Of a stretch of 64,000 bases of DNA, positions 1 through 11,742 are shown piece after piece. Every line of letters starts with the position of its first letter. The first letter of the stretch is position 1. This DNA comes from Squalus acanthias (lineage: Eukaryota). Location of the stretch: NCBI GenBank assembly GCA_030390025.1, contig CM059432.1, forward strand, positions 111,478,001 through 111,542,000, read 5' to 3'. The notes beneath the pieces are model-generated. The model ran no database searches, was not told where the DNA came from, and worked only from the letters and a program-made list of their open reading frames with translations. Both the position numbers and the translations under genes were made by a program.

Positions 1-318
1 ACAGCAATCTTCCTTTGTGCTAGGTATGACTCCAGCTAGTGGAGAGTATTCCACCCGATTCCCATTGACTTCAATTTTACAAGGGCTCCTTAATGCCACA
101 CTCGGTCAAATGCTGCCTTGATGTCCAGTCACTCTCACCTCACCTCTGGAATTCAGCTCTTTTGTCCATGTTTGGACCAAGGCTGTAATGAGGTCTGGAG
201 CCGAGTGGTCCTTGCGGAACCCAAACCGGGCATCAGTGAGCAGGTTATTTATTGGTAAGTGCTGCTTGGTAGCACTGTCGATGACACCTTCCATCACTTT
301 GCTGATGATTGAGATGAT
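1..318 (-). mobile_element. CR1/L2-group LINE RT fragment (LINE family X)
   Basis: FGFRKDHSAPDLITALVQTW...; homologous to 20200-20500. Confidence 0.8.
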
Positions 319-600
319 GAATATTCCCTCCTGACCCCTCTGAATATAGAGAGTGAAACTGTGGTCCCCACTAAGTTCCTGACTGTTAGGAGAAAGCATC
401 AAGTTGTATGTAGAGTCGACTTCTCTTAATTGAAAGTTATTTAATTCAATTTGTCTGATAATTCAAAGTGATAATTTAATCAAGTTGAAAGAAACAATGG
501 CAAAATACTGTGGTTGCTGGAAATCTGAAATATAAACAGAGAATGCTGGAAATATTCAGCAGGTCAGGCACCATCAGTGAAGAGAGAAACAGAGTTTACA

Positions 601-2977
601 GGGGCTCTCTGATAGTCCCTGAAAATGGGCATGGGGATCGCGATGCACAATTACCCCACGCCCGTTCAATGTAATGCAGGCAACATGCCAACTTCATGCT
701 TCCTGATCATTTACATGATTTCTGTGAGGCTAGCAACAGTTAAAGCTAGCCTGCACTATTAAAATCAGCCTGCACCTCTTAAAGGGGAGGTGCGTTGTGG
801 CTGGAGCAGGTGGTAGAAGTCGTTCTACAACTGATTCTGACCTGGGAAACACTCAATAATGGCAAAACATGGGAGAGAGCGGGCTCCAAGGTTTTCCAAC
901 GCTATACTGGAGGCCTAGGTGGAAGTGGAGCGGAGGCGAGATGTGCTGTATCCACAGGGGGACAGGAGACCATCCAGGCACACGCTCAGAAGGCAGTTGG
1001 AGCAGATAACCGTGGCAGTCAATGCCAGGAGTCAAACCCCGAGGAGTTGGATATAGTGCCGCAAGAATTTCAATGACCTCACATGAGTGGTCATGGTCAG
1101 TGAATGCATCCTCAAATGCCATATCCCACCAACAGCATCACTAGCCTCACACACTGCTCAATTCACCACACCCCATCACTCACCTACCAACAATCTCTTA
1201 TCAATCAGGACTCATACCCAGCATGGTTTCACCTCGCCCTCACACACTTAGCACTGCTACAAGCCTCACACCCACATCTCACACCTTGCACACACTGCCA
1301 GCTATTCAGATGGTGCAGTCCGCAGCCGAGACTTCCAGGCCCAGAACTGCTCAAGGTCATCCTCCAAGACCATCTGCAGTCTCCTCCACTGAAGGTCAAC
1401 AGCCTTCCACCAGCCATGCTGCAGCCAGTGGAGTAGAACAGCGAAGGAGCAATAGGATAGGAAAAGGCACATGGAAGACAGGCACTAGGGGAATGCACAG
1501 GGGTGATTAGTTTAAGTTTGTTTGCAATATGGCATGATTTGATTGATAAATTTGGTTTGGAATGTTTATTTTGTGTTGGCTTTTATTTTTGCATTGTGGC
1601 CAAGCGGACGTTGTGATGGTCAGTGACAGAGGTGTGGGACTGTTAGTGAATGGGGAATTGGGGTTTCGGTTACCGGTATCGCACTCGGATGAGTTCTTCA
1701 CGGACAGCCCGGGAGAAAGGGGTTGTCTAGGTTGCCTTCTCTCTTCCTCATCCTGCTCCTTTGCTGTTTGCCGTACAGCTGGTGGCAAGGGCTGTGCCCT
1801 CATTATGGCGAGGTTGTGCAGCATGCAGCAGTCCACCACGAATCTTGACATCCGTTCTGCCGAATACTGCAGGGATCCCCCAGAGCAGTCCAGGCAGCAG
1901 AACCATTGTTTCAGCAGGTCAGTGGCCTGCTCCATCACATTTCATGTGGCAGCATGGCTCTTATTGTATGCATGCTGCGTACGTGTGTGGGGTTGCGCAC
2001 CGGAGTCATGAGCCGGGTGGTCAGCAGATAGCCCTTGTCGCCCATTGGCCACCCTCTGGTTTGCTGTGGTGGCTCAAATGCAACTTGCACGGCGGACTGC
2101 CGCAGAGTGAATCCCTTTCAGTTCTGGTATAGGGCAGAGTTGACATGTGGCGCCCACAAAGCAATGTGCATGCAGTCAGTGACACCCTGCACCATGGGGA
2201 AGCCTGCAATCCTAGTGATGCCGTGTGCTCACTCCACCTGCTGCTCTCTGGCAAGAGAGAATGAAATGTTGTTAGCTCCAGCCACAGTGACCTCCCTTAC
2301 ACAACAGTGGATGGCAAACTGCGAGATGTTGCAAATATCTCCAGCTCCAACCTGGAAGGATCCAGGTGCATAAAAAGTTCATCGCCACGGTCACCTTCAC
2401 AGCCACTGGCAATATGGTCCTCGCCCTGCCCTGAGGTTGTAGTTGTGGCTGCAGCAGGTGACAGATTTCAGTGAGGACCTCCTTATTGAAGCGCAGACAT
2501 CTCACACATTGTTCCTCGCTGGAGTTCAAGTAGGAGAATTTCTCCCTGAACACCCTGGACGGATATGGCCTCCTGCTGAGAGCCCTTCTCCCTCCTCCCT
2601 CTTCCAGCAGCTTGACCTGCTCTATGTCACCTCTGTTCATTCTCGAAGTCATACTGTATGCCAAGGGGAATGCCTACTAGTGCACCCATGTCTGTCAGCA
2701 AGAGGCTTGTGCAGAAGCTTTGAACTCACGAAAAAGTCCTTCAGTACCTACTACACCACTCCCTGTAGAATTTGGCAACTTTAAAATCTATAGAATTGAC
2801 GAGCAGATCTGCCTGCTCTGCATACTTCCGGCGGGCATTCACTGCGCGTGCACTAACGCCCTCACCAATATGGCGTCCAGCATGATTTGCCCCACAAGTT
2901 TGCGTGTGCACCACGGACGCCATTTTGGACCTCTAAGCGCCCAAAAAACAGGCGCCATGGATCTGAATTTTGTGTCG
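601..2977. mobile_element. Degenerate Harbinger transposon: Myb-like remnants (+, ~867-1506) and frameshifted transposase (-, ~1690-2690)
   Basis: Peptides CLRFNKEVLTEICHLLQPQLQP and CLDCSGGSLQYSAER...CCMLHNLAI are homologous to the intact copy. Ends are approximate. Confidence 0.85.
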
Positions 2978-2979
2978 TA

Positions 2980-3645
2980 CGTTTGAGGTCTGTGACCCTT
3001 TGTCAGATCGAAGTTAACTCTGTTCCTCTCTCCATAGCCTGACCTGCTGAGTATTTCCAGCATTTTCTGTTTATATTTTAGATTTCTAGCATTCGCACTA
3101 TTTTTCCTTTGGCTTACAGTCGATATTGGTTGACAGCCTATCCCCAGAAATGGTGATAGAGAAGTCGAGGAAGGGAAGGGAAGAGTTGGAGATGGACCAT
3201 GTGAAGGTGAGGGAGGGATGGAAATTTGAAGCAAAGTTGCTGAAATTTTCCAGTTTGGGACGAGAGTAGGAAGCGGCACCGATACAGCCATCAATGTACC
3301 AGAAAAAGAGGTGAGGGAGGGGACCTGAGTAAGTAGGGAACAAAGAATGTTCCACGAATCTCACGGAAAGGCAGGCATAGCTAGGATCCATACGAGTTCC
3401 CATAGCGATACTGTTTATTTCGAGGAAGTGAGAGGAGTCAAAGGAAAAGTTGTTGAATGAAAGAACTAAGCCAGGCGAAGGAGGGTGATGGTGGATGGGG
3501 ACTGGTTGGGCCTCTGTTCAAGGAAGAAGTGGCACTTTAATAGTTTCCAGTTTCCTGGCCTTTACCATCTCCTTTTCACCATGGACGTCCAGTCTTTCTA
3601 CACCTCCATCCCCCACTAGGACAGCCTGTGGGCCCTCCATTCCTT
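2980..3645. mobile_element. Decayed Penelope-like fragments (terminus plus RT pieces in both orientations)
   Basis: ORF 3098-3403 (MGTRMDPSYACL...WYIDGCIG...PFLDF) is homologous to the PLE RT; inverted RT piece at ~3515-3645. Confidence 0.75.
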
Positions 3646-3927
3646 GAAGACAAAACCTGACTAATTTACTGATTAAACATGTCTCACAAACCACTGGAGT
3701 CGGGCTTCCATTTTGAAATTTGATTGTGAAAGACAGCTTGCATTTTAACTCAAATGATTTTTTTAAGCTATATGGCATAAAGTAAATGTCTCATTTTCTC
3801 ACAGGCACTATTGGAACTATTGCCAGGGCTCATCCTCCAAGTACACAAGTAAAATCACAGTGCTGCAGATATAGTTAGCATAACCCGAGTAAAGGTCCTC
3901 AGTACAAAGGTACAATTAGAGTAGCAA

Positions 3928-4430
3928 CGACATAAGAATTAGGAGCAGCAGTTCGCCACACAGCACCTTGAGCCTGCTCCGTCATGGCTGATTTTTGACC
4001 TCCACTCCACTTTCCTGCACTATCCCCATAGCCCTTGATTCCCCAACAGTCCAAAAATCTATCTATTTCAGCCTTGAATATACTCAACGACTCAGCTTCC
4101 ACAGCCCTTTGGTGTAGAGAATTCCAAAGATTCACAACCCTCTGAGTGAAGAAATTCCTCCTCATCTCAGTCTTATCCTGAGACTATGCCCCCTAGTTCT
4201 AGACTCTCCAGCCAGGGTATACAATCTCTCAGCATCTACCCTGTCAAGCCCCCTCAGAATCTTGTATGTTTCAATGAGATCACCTTTCATTCTTCTAAAT
4301 TCCAGAGAGTATCGGCTCAATCTCTCCTCAAAGGACAACCCTTTCATTCCAGGGATCAATCTATTGAACCTTCATTGCACAGCCTGTAAGGCAAGTATAT
4401 CCTTCCTCAAATAAGGAGACCAAAACTTTC
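3928..4430 (-). mobile_element. CR1 LINE 3' end
   Basis: RRNFFTQRVVNLWNSL; CR1-type 3' UTR. Confidence 0.85.
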
Positions 4431-4892
4431 CCATTGTTCAATGTATAGTTAGAATGTGAATACAGAGGTACAGTTACAGTGTGGTCTGGGTAACAGCGCT
4501 GCATATTTAGATATAGTTACAGTAACAACAAACCCTCGGTACCGCATATGAGTCTGTTAGCACGACTACAGATATTGGAGTGCCTAATAAAATGGACCGC
4601 TGCTGCTCACTAAAATAACAGTAACATAGATTGTTGAAAATTGCTGAAATAACAGTGAGTTAGACCTTTGGAGGCAGTTGATATAGCTGGTAGAATAGGC
4701 TCCAGCTGGGTGTTGTCCTGATTGAGCAGAGCTGCATTCTGAGGGTGGAGAGCAACATGGAAATTGTGGAATTCTAACCTTCACTAAACAATATTCTCCA
4801 TTCTAAGCACAGAAAAAAAGAATTACAGGACTGCATTCATTTTCATTTTCAGTTTACAGCATCTGCTGGTAATTTAATTGTAATTGTCAGAT

Positions 4893-5755
4893 TTTTTTTT
4901 CATTCCTGGGATGTGGGCATCGCTGGCAAGCCCAGCATTTATTGCCCATCCCTAGTTGCCCTTGAGAAGGTGGTGGTGAGCCGCCGCCTTGAACCGCTGC
5001 AGTCCGTGTGGTGAAGGTACTCCCACAGTGCTGTTAGGGAGGGAGTTCCAGGATTTTGACCCAGCAACAATGAAGAATCAGTGATATACTTCCAAGTCAG
5101 GATGGTGTGTGACTTGGAGGGGAACTTGGAGGTGGTGGTGTTCCCATGCGCCTGCTGCCCTTGTCCTTCTAGGTGGAAGAGGTCGTGGGTTTGGGAGGTG
5201 CTGCCGAAGAAGCCTTGGCGAGTTGCTGCAGTGCATCTTGAAGATGGTACACACTGCAGCCACGGTACACCGGTGGTGGAGGGAGTGAATGTTTAAGGTG
5301 GTGGATGGGCTGCCAATCAAGTGGGCTGCTTTGTCTTGGATGGTGTCGAGCTTCTTGAGTGTTGTTGGAGCTGCATTCCTCCAGGCAAGTGGAGAGTATT
5401 CCATCACACTCCTGACATGTGCCTTGTAGATGGTGGAAAGGCTTTGGGAGTCGGGAGATGAGACACTCGCCGCAGAACACCCAGCCTCTGACCTGCTCTT
5501 GTAGCCACAGAATTTATGTGGCTGGTCCAGTTAAGTTTCTGGCCAATGGTGGCCCCCAGGATGTTGATGGTGGGGGATTTGGCAATGGTGATGCCGTTGA
5601 ATTTCAAGGAGCGGTGGTTAGACTCTCGCTTGTTGGAGATAGTCATCGCCTTGTGTGGCACGAATATTACCTGCTACTTATCAGCCCGAGCCTGAATGTC
5701 ATCTTGCGGGCATGGACTGCTTCATTATCTGAGGAGTTGTGAATGGCACTGAACT
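4893..5755 (-). mobile_element. LINE family X 3' portion
   Basis: MEYSPLAW...LDTIQDKAA peptide; A-tail at 4893. Confidence 0.85.
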
Positions 5756-6309
5756 CTGCCTACAGTAGTGATGTGATGGTGAGCTTTGAAGCAATCTGCT
5801 GCCTCGGAGTGTAAGTAGGTCTGTAAGAGTTTATTTAAAGGCAGTTGGGGATGTGGCATCGAGCCAAGGCAGCAGCTCCTGATTCGATGGAAGAATCAAT
5901 TTCAGAAATTTAATACGTGACTGCGTGGCATTTTGCTTCGAGATCTTACTCCAGCAGTAAAGGCTTTTGGTTTTGTTGGGACCTGCTGCTGTGAGTGTCT
6001 TTAAATAGACAAAAGGCTGTGGAATGAGGTTATAAAACAATGAAACAGCAAAGTCTTGAGTAATCTTACAAATAACATTAAATGCAATTAATTCACAGTT
6101 AACCGATACTGACTGCATGGCAAAATCCCACAAAGAACATCTAATGAGTGACCAATTCATTTTGTTATTTGTTCTCGGTTAAGTGGGTGACGCTGGCAAT
6201 GCTCTAGTTACCCTGATAAGGTGATGGTGGGCCTTCGACTTGAACTGCTGAAATCCTTGTGTTGTTCGAGGTGGTAGAGGCTGCAGGAGATGGAGATCTG
6301 TTGAAGTAC

Positions 6310-6830
6310 AAAAAGAAAATACTGCAGATGCTGGAAATCTGAAATACAAACAGAAAATGCTGGAGATACTCAGCAGGTCAGGCAGCATCTGTAGAGAGAG
6401 AAACAGAGTTAACGTTTCAGGTCGATGACCTTTTGTCAGAACTGGAAAAAAGCAGGAAATGAAACAGATTTTTAAGCAAGTGTAGGGGCTGGGAAATGGG
6501 GGAGGGGATGAAAGAACAAGAGAGAAGGTCTGTGATAGGATAGAAGGCAGAAGAGGTTACGAGACATTAAGAGATATTCAAGGCAAAAGGAGATGGTAAT
6601 GGGACAGGTTAAGAAACAAAGGATGGCTCTAGATGAAGTGTAAATTGTGCTGGCAGAATGAAAGACAGCTGCCATGTGGGAGAGAAGAACAGAAGGCACA
6701 AACAAAAAGTGTGGATAAAAAATATATATATGATAGGGGCCGAGGTTATGATCTGAAATTGTTGAACTCTGTTGAGTCCAGAAGGCTGTAAAGTGCCTAA
6801 TCGAAAGATGAGGTGTTGTTCTTCTGTTGA
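6310..6830 (-). mobile_element. Older Penelope-like 3' fragment (family A)
   Basis: EEQHLIFRLGTLQPSGLN peptide and homologous 3' UTR/terminus. Confidence 0.8.
6407..6443 (-). ncRNA. Degenerate hammerhead ribozyme (family A)
   Basis: Same scaffold, but the core reads CUGACAA (G8 to A), so probably inactive. Confidence 0.6.
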
Positions 6831-7646
6831 AGTAACTGTGGTGAGTTGTTGCTTTGCATTCTGTGGACCATGCATAATGCAGGGCACTGATGGTGGAGGG
6901 GGTGAATGCTGAGTCCAGAAGCAGGGGCACTGATTAAGCGAACTCCTCTGTTCTGGTTGGTGTTGTGTTGTTGTGGCTGATGTTGTGGTGAGTATTCTAT
7001 CACAGTCCTGACTTTAGCCTTGTAAATGGTGGAGAGGCTTTCGAGAGGTCAGGAAGTGAGTCCCTCTTCGCAGAGTATCCAGCGTCTTGATTTTCTCTTG
7101 TATCCATGGTGTTAATATGACTGGTCCAGTTAAGGTTTCTGGTCAATGGTGACCCATACATTTTTTTCCTTCAAGTATTTATCGAATTCTCTTTTGGAAG
7201 TTACTATTGAATCTGCTTCCTCCACCCTTTCAGGCAGTGCATTCCAGATCACAACAACTCACTGTGTAAAAAAGATTTCCTCATGTGGCCACTGGTTCTT
7301 TTGCCAATCACCTTAAATCTGTGTCCTCTGGTTACTGACGATTCTGCCACTGGAAACAGTTTCTCCTTATTTACTCTATCAAAACAGTTCATGATTTTGA
7401 ACACCTCTGTCAGATCTCCCCTTACCTTCTCTGCTCCAGGAAGAACAACCCCAGCTTCTCCAGTCTCTCCAGGTAACTGTATTCTCTCATCCCTGGCACC
7501 ACTCTCGTAAATCTCCTCTGCACCCTCTGCAAGGCCTTGACATCCTTCCTAAAGTGCGGTGCTCAGAATTGGACACAATACTCCAGCTGAGGCCTAACCA
7601 GTGTTTTATAAAGGTTCAGCATAACTTCCTGGCTTTTGTACTCTAT

Positions 7647-8414
7647 GGCCTGAATTTTAATTGGGAGGTGGGTTGGGAATGCCAGATTTAGTGGCAGGGC
7701 CTGATTTGTGTTGGGAAGTTTCCCACCCGCAGCCAGCCAGATTGAAAGGCTGCAGAGAGGAGGGAGGGAGGGATTGCGTGGTGGTTGGGGTTGGCGGGGG
7801 GGTGGGTGATCATCAGAGGGCTGGAAGAGCGGTGGCGGGGGGGGGACCGGGTGATCGTCGGGGGGGGTGGTGGGAGAGTGGGGGGGGGGGGGAAGGCAGG
7901 GTGATCATCAGAAGAGCAGGGAACCAGGAGCAGCAGATCAGGGGGGTTGGGAGCAGCACGGAGGGCCAGGAGCATGGGGGGAGAGGCCTCATGGGGAATA
8001 GCGGAGGCCTGGAGGGGGGAATCAGAGGACTCGTGGTGGGGTGTCCTAGTGCAAGGGGTGGGTTAGGCAGAGACACTGGATCCAGGAGTAAGTGTAAAGG
8101 CACTTGCCTCCTGGATCCAGCAGTCCTCGTCTTACTTTAGCTGATGGGTTTCACGAGGCCTGCAAAACCCAACCAGCTACAGTTAAATTTGTAATGGTGG
8201 TTAAATCTGAGGCACGTCCGCCTCATTATAATATTTATATGTGAGACCCGCATCTTGGGAGCGGATTGGTTGCCCACGCCCCCCCGTCCTGCCTCGGTTA
8301 AAACCGGAAGTGGGCGGGTTGGAGGCGTATTTGGGGGGGTAGGGATTCAGACTTACACACATTAACATCCCACCTGACCCAAACCTACCCGTTACTTTGG
8401 GTTAAAATTCCCCC
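7647..8414. mobile_element. MITE (Harbinger-like), G-rich
   Basis: Imperfect TIR (GG)CCTGAATTTTAA / TTAAAATTCCCCC; CR1 sequence resumes on both sides. Confidence 0.6.
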
Positions 8415-8431
8415 ATGTCTCTATTTATAAA

Positions 8432-9206
8432 TCATGATGCGGAGATGCCGGTGTTGGACTGGGGTGGACAAAATTGAGAGGTCGCACAACACCAGGTTAT
8501 AGTCCAACAGTTTTATTTTAAATCACAAGCTTTCGGAGTTACAACTCCTTCGTCGGGTGAAGTGAGGAGATACAGAATCGTCAAAGCATATATAGATAGA
8601 GAACAATGCATGTGTAACTTACAATTGCAGACAACTAAATTCAATCATCCTGATTGTTTATCTGCCGAGGTGTGATAAAGTTAATCAGGTCAGCCAGGAA
8701 GGTACCACATCAAAGACATAGCAAGATACAACTGAGACAATGAGGTGGAGTCGCATGGGGTCAACGTGTCAAAAGCTGTCGGGATCTTGGGTTTATGTCA
8801 CGATACACGACGTGATCCGGACTCGAGTCGTCGTTGGCTTGTTCACAGATGTGATTCCCAGTAAAAAAGTAAACATTTTAAAGTTAATCGTTTTACATAC
8901 AGACGGCAGCTTTTGACACGTTAGACCCCATGCGACTCCACCTCATTGTCTCAGTTGTATCTTGCTATGTCTTTGATGTGGTACCTTCCTGGCTGACCTG
9001 ATTAACTTTATCACACCTCGGCAGATAAACAGTCAGGATGATTGAATTTAGTTGTCTGCAATTGTAAGTTACACATGCATTGTTCTCTATCTATATATGC
9101 TTTGACGATTCTGTATCTCCTCACTTCACCCGACGAAGGAGTTGTAACTCCGAAAGCTTGTGATTTAAAATAAAACTGTTGGACTATAACCTGGTGTTGT
9201 GCGACC
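8432..9206. mobile_element. Non-coding fold-back Penelope-type insertion (family B)
   Basis: Inverted arms ~8476-8781 and ~8904-9210, nearly identical; TSD TCTCTATTTATAAA at 8418-8431 and 9207-9220; hammerhead motif in each arm. Confidence 0.8.
9126..9163 (+). ncRNA. Hammerhead (family B) with core mutation CCGACGA; mirrored copy at 8523-8560 (-)
   Basis: UCAC-CCGACGA-A-GGAG-UUGUAA-CUCC-GAAA-GC-UU-GUGA. Confidence 0.7.
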
Positions 9207-11461
9207 TCTCTATTTATAAAGCCAAGGATCCCATGTGCTTTTTTAACAGCCTTCTTGTCCTGCCACCTTCAAAGATTCGTGTACGTACACCCCCGGATCT
9301 CTCTGTTCCTGCACCCCATTTAATATTGTACCATTTAGTTTATATTGCCTCTCTCATTCTTCGTACCAAAATGTATCACTTCTGTGTTAAATTTCATCTG
9401 TCATGTGCCTGCCCATTGCACCAGCCTGTCTGTGTCCTCCTGAAGTCTGCTACTATCCTCCTCACAGTTTATTACATTTCCGAGTTCCGTGTCAACTGCA
9501 AACTTTGAAATTACAGTATGCCCTGGATACCTTAGTCCAGGTGATTAATATATATCAAAAAGATCAGCGGTCCTAATACCGACCGTGGAGAACACCATTT
9601 GTATACTTCCTCCAGTCTGGAAAAACACCTGTTCTCTGCTCCCTTGTTCTGGACTCCTCTACCAGAGGAAATAGTTTCTCTCTATCTTTAATCATCTTAA
9701 ACACCTCAGTCAAAGCTGTGCTTTTCGCAATCCGACAAGAGTTGTGCATTTCTACATCTAGCCAAGCTAACTGGCCCACCCCATCCCCTGCTCGTATACA
9801 TGACTTCAGTTCCTCCCAACCTCAAGTTACCGGAAGCGTGTGACATTGGATAGGCAATCCTTTAGCGTCGTTGGGTGTAATTTTTTCAGCTGTATTTTTA
9901 CCTCTTGAGTGAGTTCATTCACATAACGATCCCCTCTTTCTCCCAGCAGCTCCAGCATTTGCTTGTAATGTAGATTTTAAATCTTTGTGAACTCACTTTA
10001 GCTTAAAAACAGCACTTCAATATAAATCATATCCAAATCCTTTCTGTGGAAAAATAGTTAAAAGACCCATACACGACGGGCATATTTGTTTTAGTATATA
10101 TAATGAAGATGCAATGCCTACCATTTTTGTGGTGATGCTAGTGTTATGAACACTGTGAACAGTGTGTTAAATTTATCTGGCAGGTGTCGCTTAAACGGTA
10201 TTAATGCTAGTTGTGAATCATTGATCCAGTCCTCTACTGGTAACTAACAGATTCATTGATTTTAGTGCAGAAATCCTGCATTCCAGATCCAAAAGGCTAA
10301 TAGGAACTTGGAAAGGTTGGAGTGCAGATCCAAATGGATCTTTATAAAAATGTGTGATCCATTTGAACAATTCTGGGAGTTGCTCCCGAGAGGCTTAGAT
10401 AGGAACTCTCCCAACATACAGCCTGACCAGATAAAGTATCAAACGAATGTATTAGAGACAGACACTGGGTTTTGATTCTAATGGGTGGTTAGAATGAAGA
10501 AAGCCAAGACCAAGGCAAAAGGATGATGGACCCTTGCAAAAGTAGATGCTTTCAGAATTCAGAATTTTACTGCCTATTTGGTTCACTTGGGATATTTTTA
10601 AGTATTGGGACAGAATTTGCTGGCAAAATAACAGCGGGTTTAATGCTCTCGCCATTATTGGTGCATAAATCGTCCGGCAACTTGTGGCGAGGAAGAGATA
10701 CCCCGTGATTTGCGAATCACCACAAGTTGCTGGATGATTTCCGCCGTTAGCCTCGCGAAAACGGCAGCGCGCCCACTACCTCCCCGTGAGTGTCAAGAAA
10801 TTGCTGCATTTGCGCATTAACTACCAATTAAACTCACTGCAGAAAGTTAGAGCTGGTACTTAATGACGTAAGGGCCCTTTTAATGAGGAGATCTATGTTC
10901 CTGCAATGCCACTCCACCTCTCCGGCCCAGAAAGGGAAGAATTGAAACTGTGGAGCCTCACTCCTGCAGGTAATAAATTGTTCCGAGAGCTTTTTAAAAT
11001 TATTTTTTTTAATGTTCTTGCTTTTCTTTTCTGTCTCTGGTTTCCCTCTCTCTTAATCTAATCTTTTTTCCCTCTCTCTATTTCTCTTTCTCTACCTGAT
11101 TTGACTCTAATTCACCCTATTTCCTTTTATGTCATTCAACTGCTTCTTTCTCAGTCCTTAAGTCTGATTGGTTGAGCAGAGACACTCTTGGTCCTATTGT
11201 TCACCAAGGTCCCAGATGCCCCGTTGCCCTCGCTGCGCCATTATCGGCTTGCACTTTTTTGAGCTGAAGGGTGATGGACAAAGTCTAAAAATTGTGTCTG
11301 CAGACTGTTGTATACACAGCCATTTGCACCACTCACTCCTCACTTATACTTCCAATCACAGGAAAAAGGGAAATGAATGAAATGCGCGTACTGTATTTTA
11401 ATAATGAGCTGTATTTACCATTGTTAATCCCAGTGTATGCTAATTCCATTTTTCTTTTAAG

Positions 11462-11578
11462 AATGGTAGACGATCTGCACAGACTTGTCAAAGAAGCTAA
11501 GCTGCAGAGTCCTTTCATTTTAGTGGGATCAGAGCTTGGAGCACTCAATGCAAGATTTTATGCCCACATTCACAACTG
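11462..11578 (+). CDS. Internal exon A of an alpha/beta-hydrolase-fold host gene: (R)MVDDLHRLVKEAKLQSPFILVGSELGALNARFYAHIHN(W)
   Basis: Polypyrimidine tract + AG at 11460-61; donor GTAAGG at 11579; phase 2-2. Resembles the helix-strand5-nucleophile elbow region (PFILVGxxLG) of alpha/beta hydrolases. Confidence 0.85.
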
Positions 11579-11742
11579 GTAAGGTGATGGTCTTTGAGTC
11601 TTTAGATTGGTTGATAATGCGGCCTCTATTCTTAACTGACAAGGTTATTGTAGTTTGAAGCAATGTCTCACTTTGATGTTAAAACTGAAAAATTGTCCAA
11701 AACAAGGCAGTAGGTTTCTCACTGACTTCTTGGCAGGAAATA

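Larger units (their letters stand above)
7160..9705 (-). mobile_element. Decayed CR1 interrupted by a MITE and the Penelope palindrome
   Basis: CR1 ORF2 C-terminal and 3' UTR similarity on both sides of the insertions. Confidence 0.75.

Noticed and set aside
3805..3850. Candidate upstream host exon
   Set aside because: AG acceptor present, but weak donor and no recognisable hydrolase peptide.
7661..8140. Gly/Pro-rich ORFs
   Set aside because: Low-complexity G-rich MITE interior.
10607..11300. Possible further MITE starting GGGACAGAATTT
   Set aside because: Right TIR and TSD not convincingly found.
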